From contig MU619246.1 in the NCBI GenBank assembly GCA_025201805.1, forward strand, positions 335,067 through 399,066: 64,000 nt of DNA, written 5' to 3'. Below the pieces are notes generated by a model. That model ran no database searches. It was not told the DNA's origin and saw only the letters and a program-made list of their open reading frames with translations. Source of the stretch: Parasitella parasitica NRRL 2501 (lineage: Eukaryota; Fungi; Mucoromycota). A program made the position numbers and the translations under genes. Positions 25,265 through 36,900 of this stretch are shown here, in pieces (the first letter of the stretch is position 1; each line of letters begins with the position of its first letter).

Positions 25265-25530
25265 AATCGGCAACAACGTATTATTAATCGGCAATCTCGG
25301 CAATCTCGGCAATCCTAAGATTGGACGTCACGAGATTTTATATAACATTTATACCTATCACATTGTTATCTGTAGTATTGCCTATTGGCAATGGTAAAAA
25401 AAAAAACAATACAAACTCTTACAGTTCTAAAGGGAGTTTGTCTTGATTAAATCGACAACAATGGCAACAGCGCATTTGATGAATCGGCAACAGCGGCAAC
25501 AGCGGCAACATCGGCAACATCGTATTAAAT
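25265..25530. repeat. Two arrays of CGGCAA motifs with 9-bp period upstream of the nuclease gene
   Basis: CGGCAA at 25268, 25289, 25298, 25307 and at 25485, 25494, 25503, 25512. The blocks share TCGGCAACA(A/T)CGTATTA. Confidence 0.85.
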
Positions 25531-28500
25531 TAGCAGGATTCTCTATATCCAGTTGCGCAGTAGAACAGCTAGTCAAAATGTGAATGGTTCAAAAGTGTGC
25601 GTGTCTTTGCAAAGCCAGGGACGTAGATTTTAGGTGCTTGATTTTTTTTTTTTTTTTGGTCTACGCGAACGTCAGTGTGTTAATGTTAGAAAAAAGACAA
25701 AGACTGTAAGAAAACAATGTTTAGCAGCCTCAAACACAAAAAAAAAATAGTGAAAATTAATGCATTGGACTATAAGGCGCCTTTTGATTACATATTTGCA
25801 TAGATTAGCCCAAGTTTTTGTACAATTTTGAAGTTGACATCAGATGAAGTTAACGACTTTTTTGAAAAAGTATTTTTCAAAATCGGAGCGTGAGATCGTC
25901 AGGCTAGGTACAGACCTGCAAGTACTACCATTAGAAAGCCACGACGCACGCAATTTAAATAAACTAGATTTCAATTGTTTTTCTTTTGAATTGGGTAAGC
26001 TATGGCTTCTCAAAGCTAATGCTTTTTTCAAAAAATACCATTTTTCTTTGATAGCGGAGATTAAATGAGTCCAAAATTAGGAAGAAAACATTCTTTCAAA
26101 AACTCCATTTGGACAATTAGAGAACAAAATTACTTCTTTCAGGCAAAATATCATCTTCAGATACTATGCATACCACGGCTGTCAGTCTATGATAATAGCT
26201 GTATTTTTGGGCGCTCTACACGATGGTCTTATTTTCATAATCCCCGTATGCTTGTGGAAGGAAATCTGCCTAAAAACTTCAAAAACAGATTAAGAGAGAA
26301 AAGTCAATATTTTGCTTTAATCAGAGCGCATTTCCAATCTTTCAGATCAAGGAATGGTCTTTTACGATCATTTTCCTCCAATATATGCTATAGTAAAAAG
26401 TTGCATTTTTGGGGCCAAAATTGAGGATATTGCATAATCGTTGATTTTGTATGCGTGGATACAAGGAAAAAATTGAAAAAATCCGTCATTTTGCATCGAA
26501 AAAAAAATCATGCTCAAATTGCACCAAAATCATATATAATATAGCTTTTAATCAATGGATACTATTTTTTGTGTTTTCAGGGCACTTTTGATTATAAAAA
26601 TTAATCAAAAAATGGCATAAGAAGCTAAAGTTCTTGCATTTAAGCTTTAAAAAATATCTATCTGGAGATGATATCACGTCAATATCAATTCTAGTACATG
26701 ACACAGCTCTATAAAGTATACTTTATTCATATTAATATGATTAATTAAGTGTGGCCCATCGAGTTGGGAACAGAAGAGGATAATTAATGAATGCTTTGCC
26801 ACAATAACCCCTCTTGCTATTTGTGAATAATGTATGAGTTACTAATTGCTAGTGACAGGGAAGCCCTATTACCATTATTGTTAATAATAATGCTTAATAT
26901 CAGTTCAAGAATTCCTTTTTTTTGTAATTCTAATGCTAAACATGTAAAATAGAAAATAAAATAGAGGTTAGGATGGAGGTTGAGGGTAATTTTACTAACA
27001 AAATTTAAGCTTTATAATAAGCTTCTGATAGATTCCAGGTTCCAGGCACTGTACTGTAGAGTATCAAATTCTGATTAGGATAACTCGCTATAACAAACAT
27101 ATTTTTGTACACCAACCCGTCCGTTATAACTAGTCCCAACTGTATATTCTTTGCTTGATATTGTATACGCTGACTTAACTCAAGAGATGTAACATAAAAT
27201 GATAATGCGAAGTTATAACAATAGAGATTTTCATTTGCACAATTAAAAGAGGAAACAGAATGAAACGGTCGCTTTAAACTTGGAGTTAGGGATAAACTGC
27301 CATTGTGGAAATGCATAGTTTGACGGGTACGTACAAATTGATGCCTTATTAGTTTATGCAGCTTGATATTTTAATACTTTGATGGTTTCGTGGTTTATTC
27401 GTTTTTTAGGCTTAAGTATCTATGCAGCTCTATAGACTTGTCTAAATATAATGAACTTATTTATAGGTCTAATATCTAACTGATATGTCTGAAATAATTT
27501 ATCAACATTTAAACATTATGAAATTCAAACAATTCTGTATTGTGGCCCGTTAGTGGTTGTTCAATTTCAAGTATCTGAAGTACATGCCGGTATGTTGATA
27601 ATCCTCATTGCTAAAAAGACTATCCACAAAACTTACATCCTCGACGATTGCACCCTTTCTATCCCAACTCCATTAATACCTATACATTGATACTTTGCTC
27701 ACAATCGCAGCTCGAGTATACCTACCGAAGTACGAAATCTTATTTTTATTTTTTCGAGGAGGAGGAGGCCAATAAGGTTTAGCATAAAACCACAAAATTG
27801 GCCCTATAGCTCGTTGAATTCAGCTGGTATAAGACTAGATGTAGATATCGATAGGTGTGCGAAAGAAAACATGTTGAATGAGTATACTACTTACGAACTT
27901 GAATATGCTTAATTTTTGAAATTTGGTACTTGCTATATGCCTACGTTATACATCAGTAGTAGAATGATATTCTTGACAACGTCTTGTTGCCGTAAACAAG
28001 ATATTTATCGAGTTATTACCATTTTATCACACCGTGGTAAAAAAAGATTCGATGGTGATCGATAGATCGACTACTATACACACTCCGCTTTATATTGTTT
28101 CTTGCATCTACTTATCTATGGTTGATCGTGGAAAGTTTCGCTAACGCATGCAACAAGTATGGTAAGCAATCCAGCAAAACAATCATTGGTGGTAAATAAA
28201 ATTTCGACCACTTTCTGATCACCATGAACGAAAATTAATGCAAGGAAAGGAAGCCTTCCAGAATCGAAGCTTTCACGTTGTCGTGTTTGGCGACACTTTT
28301 GAATTTCCGGTTCGTTTTTCTGCTTTTATGTACAATAGAGTAATCACTTTTTTTTTTTTTTGTTGCTGTAATAAATTATTTTTGTCTCTACAGTAGTAGA
28401 GGAATATATATATTATATTATCGGGATGAGAAAGAAAAGTTTTGTGCTTTGTAAAACGTCAGGGATCTTGTGTTTTCGATTCATGTGTATAGGGACAAGC

Positions 28501-28560
28501 GCGAAAGAAGAGAAGAGTAAGGATAATTGATTCAATAATACTAGGAACAAGTATAGTTGA

Positions 28561-28896
28561 TTAAACTCTTCGGCATTCCATGTATGTTTCGGTAGGATCC
28601 ATTGGTAACGCACAAAAAAAACCGAGTTTTTGCATTTGTGAAAACATTTGGGTATCTAATGCATCGCAGAAATGTATCAGACACAGCTTTTCCCCCAATC
28701 CCAATCATTCACCCTAATACTTACATTCCAAATTGAGCTTTACACAATCTCTTTGGCCATTAGACGCTTGACGGCAAAGTGTTTGCTCTTTTTGATCGAT
28801 AGTATACTCGTTACCAGGAGCGGCTTTCACAAAGTTATCGAGACGAGTAATTTCGTCAGTAGCATTGTTATTTTCGCTATTTTCGCTGGAGGACAT
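28561..28896 (-). CDS. Small (88 aa) hypothetical protein. Exons 28896-28725, 28655-28561, with a probable 5'-UTR intron
   Basis: Canonical GTAAGT..TAG intron joins MSSSEN...RDCVKLNLE to YTQMFSQMQKLGFFCALPMDPTETYMECRRV* in frame. Confidence 0.7.
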
Positions 28897-29153
28897 CTAC
28901 GTGTATGCACGGTCAGGCAATGTCTCAAGTGAGTTATTTCTTACTTACATTCTTCTATTGGCAATATAAAACAAGAAGAAAAGAAGACAGGAAACCCAAC
29001 ATGTAGATTTATGATTTTTGAAATGTAACCCCCGGACTTTATTACGTCAGTTTGGATTGATTGATTCACCGCGTAAATACATTTGATGGATTCATTACAC
29101 AATTGGTTGTTTATTACGTCGTTGTTGATTGCAAAAGTGAAGATCAAGTAGAA

Positions 29154-30064
29154 TTATGTACACTTTTCAAATCGAAGGAAGTCAACAGCAATTTCTACAT
29201 TTTTCTTTTTATGAAATTTATACATCATTGGCACATCAAACTAGACATCAGCAAAACAGTGAGTTGTATGCAGGTCGACAATGTTGCTCAAAATACCTTT
29301 AATTCTGCCACGACTTCAAATGACACACCCCATTCCTTTGCCTTTTTTTCTATATGCTACATATAGATTGAGCTGCTGTTGTGGCGTAATGGACACTTCT
29401 TTACTTACATTTCGAGTTGATGATTTGTGTAAAGAGTAAACAGATGTGCCCGCGATCTAAGATCAACGCTACTATTTAGCAGCAGGGAAATCAATCGTAT
29501 TCGTCAAATAATACCTCTATCGCCTTATTTAACAGAATCATATCCACACCTTTATTGTTTTTTGTTCCAAATGGAGGGTTCATAATAATCGTATCTAACT
29601 TTCCCTTGAATCTATCCAACGTAGCTACACTTAAATCCGTATTTACAAAATCAATATCCACTTCAAACGTCTCACTATTTTCTTGCGCAATTTGGATGGC
29701 GTCCGGGTCAATATCAAATCCAACACTGTATCTGTAATTCACTGATTAATGATCCCATTCATGACAGCGTATAATCACCTAATTTTGGTTTTACCCTGCC
29801 CCTAATATATTTGCTGCTATACTTAATATGCCACAGCCACTACCAAAATCCCCAATGGCCTTATCCTCTATATCGTCGTAAACAGTATCGGCAGTGTAAA
29901 GCATTCTTGCAGCCAGATGAGGTGTCGTTGGATATTGTTCAAATTGAATCTTTGGCTCATCTGTGTCATATAAAAATAATAAATACAAATGCTTACGATT
30001 AAATATACAACATACCAAATACTTCGCAATCTTGTAATATACTCTCTAGTTCCTTCAACTTCAT
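29154..30064 (-). CDS. METTL5: rRNA N6-adenosine methyltransferase METTL5 (multi-exon)
   Basis: MKLKELESILQ, PKIQFEQYPT, GDFGSGCGILS SAM motif, NPPFGTKNNKG catalytic motif, VYSLHKSSTR and YKFHKKK, joined across short introns. Confidence 0.92.
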
Positions 30065-31409
30065 CTGTTGTACCTTGAAAAAGAAAAAATGTGAAGGAAG
30101 GGGGGCGGGATCATTACTTTCCTGTGACAAGCGAAAAAAAAAAAAAAAGAAAAGTTCGAGCCTTATGGCAGAAACAAATAGGCCGGATCTCATCCGTTGT
30201 TATGAACAATCAAACCCCTCTTCTGTGCCTAATTGTTGTCATGGTAATTTATTCCTTGTGTAATGAACTAATCGAATTGTAATGATAGCTCTGGTTTTTT
30301 TTTTAAAGTTTGAAAATGTGCCTCACACACTTGCTGATTTATACTAAAAGTAAATTGATGGTTGCCATGTGCGTTACACAATGGCGTAAATGAACTATAA
30401 TCCGTATGTTTAATGCCTGTATAATCTGAAATAGGGGTAAAAGGGGGCTAACCTGTCAATCCTACATGCGGCTACAGGTTCAATTAGTTAATTGATGGAC
30501 TGATCGACCTTTATTCGAAATATCGATGCATTTCCGTTTAGATTGAATCGAACTGGTCTTATAAGTAGACATGTATAAGCATGTTAGTATTATATTACGC
30601 GCATTTAAAAACTGGCCAGTATCGTAAAATTACGTAGTGCAATAAAGAACGAACTAATTACTAGCAATATTAAAACTATGATACAGTAAAAAGCAGCGAT
30701 GTGCAACTTCCGTAACTATAACAATATTTGGCATATTTTCTTTTTGAAATGCGTGCGAAACAACCGGGCAAAATCATTAGGGATAGCTTGAATAAGGTTG
30801 GGGTTGTTTCACCACATGTATAGGAAGATTTGCGGCTGCAATTAGAGAATTTACATTGGATGCAAATATTTGTTCACGGCAAGAGTGAGATTGTGGATAC
30901 CAAATGTCAAATTGATGAGTTGAGCTTTTCTGATTATGGATTAATTAATGGTCTATCGAATCATGCGCATATTTTACTTGAAATGGTATAATTTTGACAA
31001 CCCAATTTTGCTAGTGGTGAAATGGAGAATTTGATAGGTAACACTATATAATCGATCCACACACATACACACTTATGGCATGCTCTCGTTGCATGGTGAC
31101 ACACACATAAAATTAACTTAAGAAATGTAATATTTATTTGGTTTATAAAAAAGAAAAGGGTATACCCATATTTAAAGCTAAATAGAAAAAAAGTGCTTCA
31201 TTAGAACAAATAAGGTTGCTTTTGTTGGTTTATAGTAATAGTATGTATGTAAAAGAGAAAAATGTATATAAGTTTGTTGCCATATAATAAAGAGATGTAT
31301 GAATTTTTTGATTTTGTGCCAGAGATTTGAGAAACAATTGCAATATATATGTGTATATATATATATGTGTATGTATGTATATAATGAGGTTTGAAGTATT
31401 AAAAAGAGC

Positions 31410-31465
31410 AAGAGAAAGAGCGAGAGAAAGAGCGAGAGAAAGAGCGAGAGAGCGAGAGAGCGAAT
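31410..31465. repeat. 12-bp-period GA-rich minisatellite (AGAGCGAGAGAA)n in the 3' region of micro-ORF 1
   Basis: Directly visible tandem units. Confidence 0.85.
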
Positions 31466-31552
31466 AAGTGAGAAACCCGAGTATTTGGAAGGAAAGCAGA
31501 GTAACGTTGTAGAACAGAAGAACATGAATAGGCAAAAAGATGAAGGACCTAA

Positions 31553-31621
31553 TTAACGTCTCACACTAGGAGCAGGATATGGCCTTGGAAGAGGAGGTTT
31601 TATTGGTCTATCTGGTGGCAT
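31553..31621 (-). CDS. Proline/arginine-rich micropeptide 1 (22 aa, MPPDRPIKPPLPRPYPAPSVRR)
   Basis: ATG in AAAAATG context, TATATAAA about 90 nt upstream, and a paralogue at 33820-33918 with synonymous divergence. Confidence 0.72.
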   Translation of the reverse strand: MPPDRPIKPPLPRPYPAPSVRR

Positions 31622-31710
31622 TTTTGATGTATGTATAAGAAAAGTTGATTTGATTGTTGTCAAACTTGGTAAAGAAAAAAAAAAGGGATTGAGGCATCCG
31701 AATCAGTCTC

Positions 31711-31718
31711 TTTATATA
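31711..31718 (-). promoter_or_regulatory. TATA box for micropeptide 1
   Basis: TATATAAA on the minus strand followed by a pyrimidine tract and an AC-rich leader ending at the ATG. Confidence 0.6.
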
Positions 31719-32635
31719 CTAAATTACAAACGAACCTGTAGCACGAAACTTCAAACTTGTGCTACAAAATGCAACCTGCCTCCTAGTTGTTTTTGGGTTG
31801 ATTAAAATCCAAGTTGTTTTGTAAAAAGGATCGACTTGCTATTTTCCCCAATTTTTCGCTATCCAAATGTTACACTGTTTCTCTTTCGATATACGTTCTA
31901 TGTTTGTGTATACACCAAAACTATTATCCAAGTTAATTTGTCCTTTTTGGATTTTGTTTATAATACACAAAAAGCCAGGTTGAAAATATATCAGCTTGGT
32001 TGCAAGCTTTCTACTTTGGTCATAAAGTAGGTTGGAGTTACCGATATACATGGCGCTCTTTTTTTGTTTTTATTTAATTTTAGCTGAATATCTTACATGA
32101 GTAAAAAGGCAAAAACTGCTAATATTGTGCAACCACAGCAATTAGAAGCCATGTTCTGCAAGCGTTTTGGTTGTCAAATGTGCTAAACTGCCCCAATAGA
32201 CATTAACCCAGGGATACATGGGCATTTAAAATCGATCAATGATACAAAATGAGCACCATGAAATGAGTTTAGAATAAAGGAGATGTGCGAGGGTTGCTAA
32301 ATATTATACGCCGCATTGAATGGATTGACCCTGATTCAAACAGATGTTGTAGTTGCCCCGTTTCTACATAAACCTGTAAAAAGATCATTTCTCGTCAAGT
32401 ATAATGGCCACTTGACCACTATACATTGCACTTTTAGGTAAATAGCTTTACTGGTGCTTCCAATAGTTTTTATTTTTGCTTCACATGGCATATTTATTTG
32501 TTTTCCCTGCTTGCTTTACGATCCCAGAAAGCTTCTATAATGATTTTCTTATCCTGCTGATTAGTATGGACAATACCATGCGATTGCATTATACATTGTA
32601 GCGTTGAGTTTTTTTTTTTTTTTTTTTTTTTTTTT

Positions 32636-32645
32636 NNNNNNNNNN
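32636..32645. other. Assembly gap (10 N) after a poly-T run
   Basis: N run. Confidence 0.99.
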
Positions 32646-33410
32646 GATAGTTATACAGGCAGTTGGATAACCACGCGAAGTTCAGTGATTAAACGAAATA
32701 CCGACTGTACAGCAATAAAAAATAGTTTGGAGAACGTGAGCATGCGAATCGAAACAAGGTTGATGATAACAATACTAAAGTTACACGGATTTTTCAACAT
32801 CATAATCACGTCGATGTTTTCTTCCTCCCATTTTTGATGATAGCCCGACGAGTTCTTTTGACTATAGCCAGAATTGTAATACGCGCCTGAATATTTCGTA
32901 CCGACTAGATTGAGAAAAAAAAAAAAAAGGCTTCAGGTGCTGTGGAAAGCACTAACCATGCCACAACAATTTGCTGTCTTTCGCTTCCAGCTTTATATAC
33001 ATGCAATGATCCAAGTCTACAATAATAATATCAATGTAGTGTGGATTAAACATGCACAATGTGCTACCGTCATGTTGACATCAAAATTCAGCATTTATTG
33101 CAGGGTGAATGTACAGCAAATCGAATAATTTGTGCTACGTTAAATATGGTTGACATTTTTGTCCCACCGCATGTACAGATTTGAGGTTTTTTTGGGCTGC
33201 CAACAGGGTTGCACCAGATAATTTTATTTTACCAACTTGAAATGGCTTGGCTCCTGAGACATAAGTTATGAAGATGTGTTATAGTAAGGCACCACACTTG
33301 AAGTGCAGTCGTCCTTCGGGGCCGCATCCTGTGTACATTGGAGTAGGGTGTCGAATGATCCCAAGCTGCGAAATCGAATCACCACACTGCTCTTAGCCGG
33401 CCTCGGTTTC

Positions 33411-33582
33411 TTTTTTACCAACAATCGTATTGGGTTTCCCTGGGCTTGTTGTTCGCCTGTCATTCTTACCCTATCTAGGCAGACTGCAAACATCTGGAGT
33501 TATGTCAAGCAGGAATTTTGACAATACTGGTGTATCCGCGGGCTTGGCTGGTAGGATAACTCGTATTCCCTTTGTCCCTTTT
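33411..33582. repeat. Dispersed repeat copy A (copy B at ~56905-57075), degenerate coding-like sequence
   Basis: ACCAACAATCGTATTG...CCCTATCTAGGCAGA...CATCTGG is shared by both copies in the same orientation. Confidence 0.8.
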
Positions 33583-33819
33583 CCTTAACCGTTTATTCTC
33601 TGGATTACACGTTAAAAATGAATAAAACAGCCCTGCTTGGCTTTCCTTAAAAAAAAATAGTAGAGTTGTGCTGTTCATACATATTTTTATTTGTTATATC
33701 ATATAAAATACGAGTATTTTGGGTCATTGTGTGCACGTTTTTAACAAAAATATCATATAGAGCCTTAAGAACATATTTTATTTGCCAATTGCATTGTGTC
33801 TTTGTTGGTTGTTGTCAAT

Positions 33820-33918
33820 TCATTGTTGAGAGGGTTCCGTAGGTTTAGCATTAGGACGAGGTACATAGGGTTGATATGGTCTTGGGAGGGAATTTTTTAT
33901 AGGTCTGTCTGGCGGCAT
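33820..33918 (-). CDS. Proline/arginine-rich micropeptide 2 (32 aa, MPPDRPIKNSLPRPYQPYVPRPNAKPTEPSQQ)
   Basis: ATG at 33918, TGA at 33820-33822, TATAAAA about 60 nt upstream. 13 of the first 15 residues match micropeptide 1. Confidence 0.72.
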   Translation of the reverse strand: MPPDRPIKNSLPRPYQPYVPRPNAKPTEPSQQ

Positions 33919-33977
33919 TGCTGAAGTTTAGCTTTGAAAATGATTTCTGGTCGAATTAATGGCATTGAACTCGTTTC

Positions 33978-33984
33978 TTTTATA
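33978..33984 (-). promoter_or_regulatory. TATA box for micropeptide 2
   Basis: TATAAAA on the minus strand about 60 nt upstream of the ATG. Confidence 0.55.
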
Positions 33985-36900
33985 TTTGTAAAAAAAGATT
34001 TCCATATTTTTTGGGAATAAGAACGAATTATTTCAAGACGAAAGTGCCGAGTTCTTTGAACTGGCAGTTATGCTTGTTAAATGAAAGCGTTATAAGTATG
34101 TTTGTTCCATCAATATATTATATCATTAGTGCTCTGCTTTTTTACACAGCCGATTCTACTTTGATTGCAATATTTTGCAGCCTTTTACTGGATGTGCACA
34201 ATATTCATTGCATGTGCACAATGTTTTGCAGAATCTTTGCTCCTTCCCTGGCCTTCAAAAAAAAAACTATTGTAAGAACCACTTTTGCTTTTTATGGCGA
34301 TTTTAAAGACAAAGAGCTTAGTAAAAAAAGAGCGGCAGAACAAGATGGTGAGCTCATGCACTATTAGAATCATTAATTGAGAAGACCTTACTATGCTGAT
34401 TGCCTTAATTCCTTCAAACAAATCAGCTATTATTTTAATGTCTTGTTTGCGTACAACGGCGCAAGAAGGAAAAGGTGTTGGGATTTACCAGGACTGACAA
34501 TAATATTTGTTATAATATTGTGGCAGGCCAAAAAATGTCTCTGCTCTGAATGAAGGCGGTTCCTTGACTCTTTGGTTAGCAGTATTTCTTGTATTGTCGC
34601 TGCAGAGTTTCAATATTTTCTGTTGTGGTTACTTGGCGATCTTTTGCATGCAATTCAAGCAATAGTATAAATTAAACGTATCTTTTCTTTTCAATAAACT
34701 ATTATCATATTTATGATTGAAAGAAGATCAATTCCAGTAATTCACACCATTGTATGAAGGGTTTTATTCGATGAAATCCCTAACTACACCACTACTGCTT
34801 ATGCTAAATTTATTTTTATTATATGTACATGCCCAAGGTTTTCTCATAAAACAAGACTGAAAGGATTATGTATAGTCGAGAGCCTACTACTCATATACAT
34901 GAAATAGCGACATTCCAAATTTTTACATAAAAGCAGCACATCAGCGAGAAGGTTTAATGTGAATCAGGGCATATTTATAATGGTTTCAAAAGCAACATTA
35001 TATTTTGCATAAAGCAACATTGTGCACTTGAAGCAGTGATCCATTGCGAAACCTTGTAAAATCTTGAGAAGCTTTTTGCACAAAGCAATGCAAAAAAAAA
35101 AGTCCACAATTCACCATTTAATGCAAGATACATTTCCCAAAAACCACGAAGTTTTCAGGTGGCAAAAGTCCAAGTAATCTGAACACGAGATTGCTCATAT
35201 AAAGTATCAGCATGTTGAGGGAGGGTGAAGATAAATGTCAAATCATGAGATGTTTGACATTTGCAAATGACCTGTCAGAAAAATATCTTCATATCATTAC
35301 AGCCAAAATGCTACTAGATGGCAATTCTCGTAAACACGCAGCTGTGTTTTGTTTGAATTCACTCTCGTATAATAAACCCTTTTTTAACTAACATGACCAT
35401 CAGTTTGAGAGCCCTTTTGTTGGAATTGTTTGTTATTTGTTATTCAGGATCTATAAACATCACTGGGCCAGTTTGTGTAGCATGCGCTGGCATTCTTATC
35501 GATACCATAGTGAGCTTCATCTCATGATGTATATATTGATAAAATTGTTTTTTCCCATACCAATGTGATATACTACTTGCCGTGTTATATGTATATGGTA
35601 TAATCCGGGTACCAATTTGCATCGAAATCTTGGACTTTATTGTCGATGACTGAGCAGTAGGGCGTAAGCTGTAATCAAAACAATAGGCATTATAACGTTT
35701 CATTCTGCGCGATGGCTAAATGCAGCCACACCAATGCATAAATCAAAGCATATATATCTGTATGTTTATGAGTATAGTATATGGTTATCAGAACATTAAT
35801 ATATCTACGGATACTAATCTTTAATGACATGAAAGTTTCTTCTCTCTTTAATTGTTATTAGCCACGAGATGCATGCATAAATAATCTGCGAGGCAGTAAA
35901 AAAAAAATCTATTGTGTCGAATGCACAATGCATTCTTAGAAACATCAGTTATTGGACAAAGGTCGCTTGGGGCTATGAAACAGTTGTTTCTTTTTATTAT
36001 AAAGTGATCTCATTACAATACGGGCTCTTAAGCCGTAATAAACAAGATCAACATATTTGCCCCTTACATTGGTACCACCCATATGTATTTCAATGCCATC
36101 TATTACTTTCTATCTTGTGTAATTTAAAACGATAAAGGTGCATAATAAAAACTTGGGAATGCAGAGAGTACAGCGGGATAAAATGTATGAAAAACTCATG
36201 ACCCAAATATACTTGATATAATAAAATCATGTACATGCATTCATGTTGCTTATGACAAATCAGGGCCCTCTCTTGGGTAGTGATGATACAAGAGATGATG
36301 GCTACTGTGATTTTCACTAACCGGAGCTTTCCCTATGCTGAGGGGCCGAACCGTCGCTTTTGTATATATCATCAATCACTACCTGCTGGTGCTCATCATG
36401 GGTGCCTTTGACTATGAAATAAATCCAGTCGTATACAACACGTTGAATAATCTTTTTCGATATGAGTATATATCTTCATTATACGGTACATTTTTTACTA
36501 AACACTGTAGTAAATATATTCATATCATTTAATAAAAACTGGCGCTCTTTTTATTTTTCGCACCTTTTTTCAATTAAGAGAATCTCTATTCTATAACATA
36601 TACTACTTGTTAGTATAAAAATATAGTATATTTTCTTCAACTGATTTATTTTTTTAATACGGCTCATTCAAAGCACAATTACACCGAAATCACTTAAAGC
36701 ACACTTGTTGAACGCAATTTTATAGCCGCGCTAAGTTTCTTGATCTTTACAAGTGTACCGAATGATTTGTCTAACAAAATAAATATAATCCATTACATTA
36801 CCATCGATTTTGCAAAATTTCTTGGCTTATTTGCCATAATAGCACATAGAATTAGGACACACTGTACTTTTGGAAACAGTGTTAAAGCAGCAAAAGACTT

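Noticed and set aside
25265-25530. CRISPR-like array
   Set aside because: Units are 9-bp tandem motifs without unique spacers, there are no cas genes, and the context is eukaryotic.
24051-26565. 13-nt direct match CAATGGATACTAT flanking the nuclease region as a TSD
   Set aside because: No adjacent terminal inverted repeats were found, and it is compatible with chance in AT-rich DNA.
27005-27830. 103-aa ORF and nearby Pro-rich fragment (YAKPYWPPPPRK)
   Set aside because: No coherent start or splice model and no recognisable family; at most a decayed gene.
31178-31535. Two ~100-115 aa hydrophobic ORFs
   Set aside because: They are translations of CT/TA microsatellites in the probable 3' UTR of micropeptide 1.
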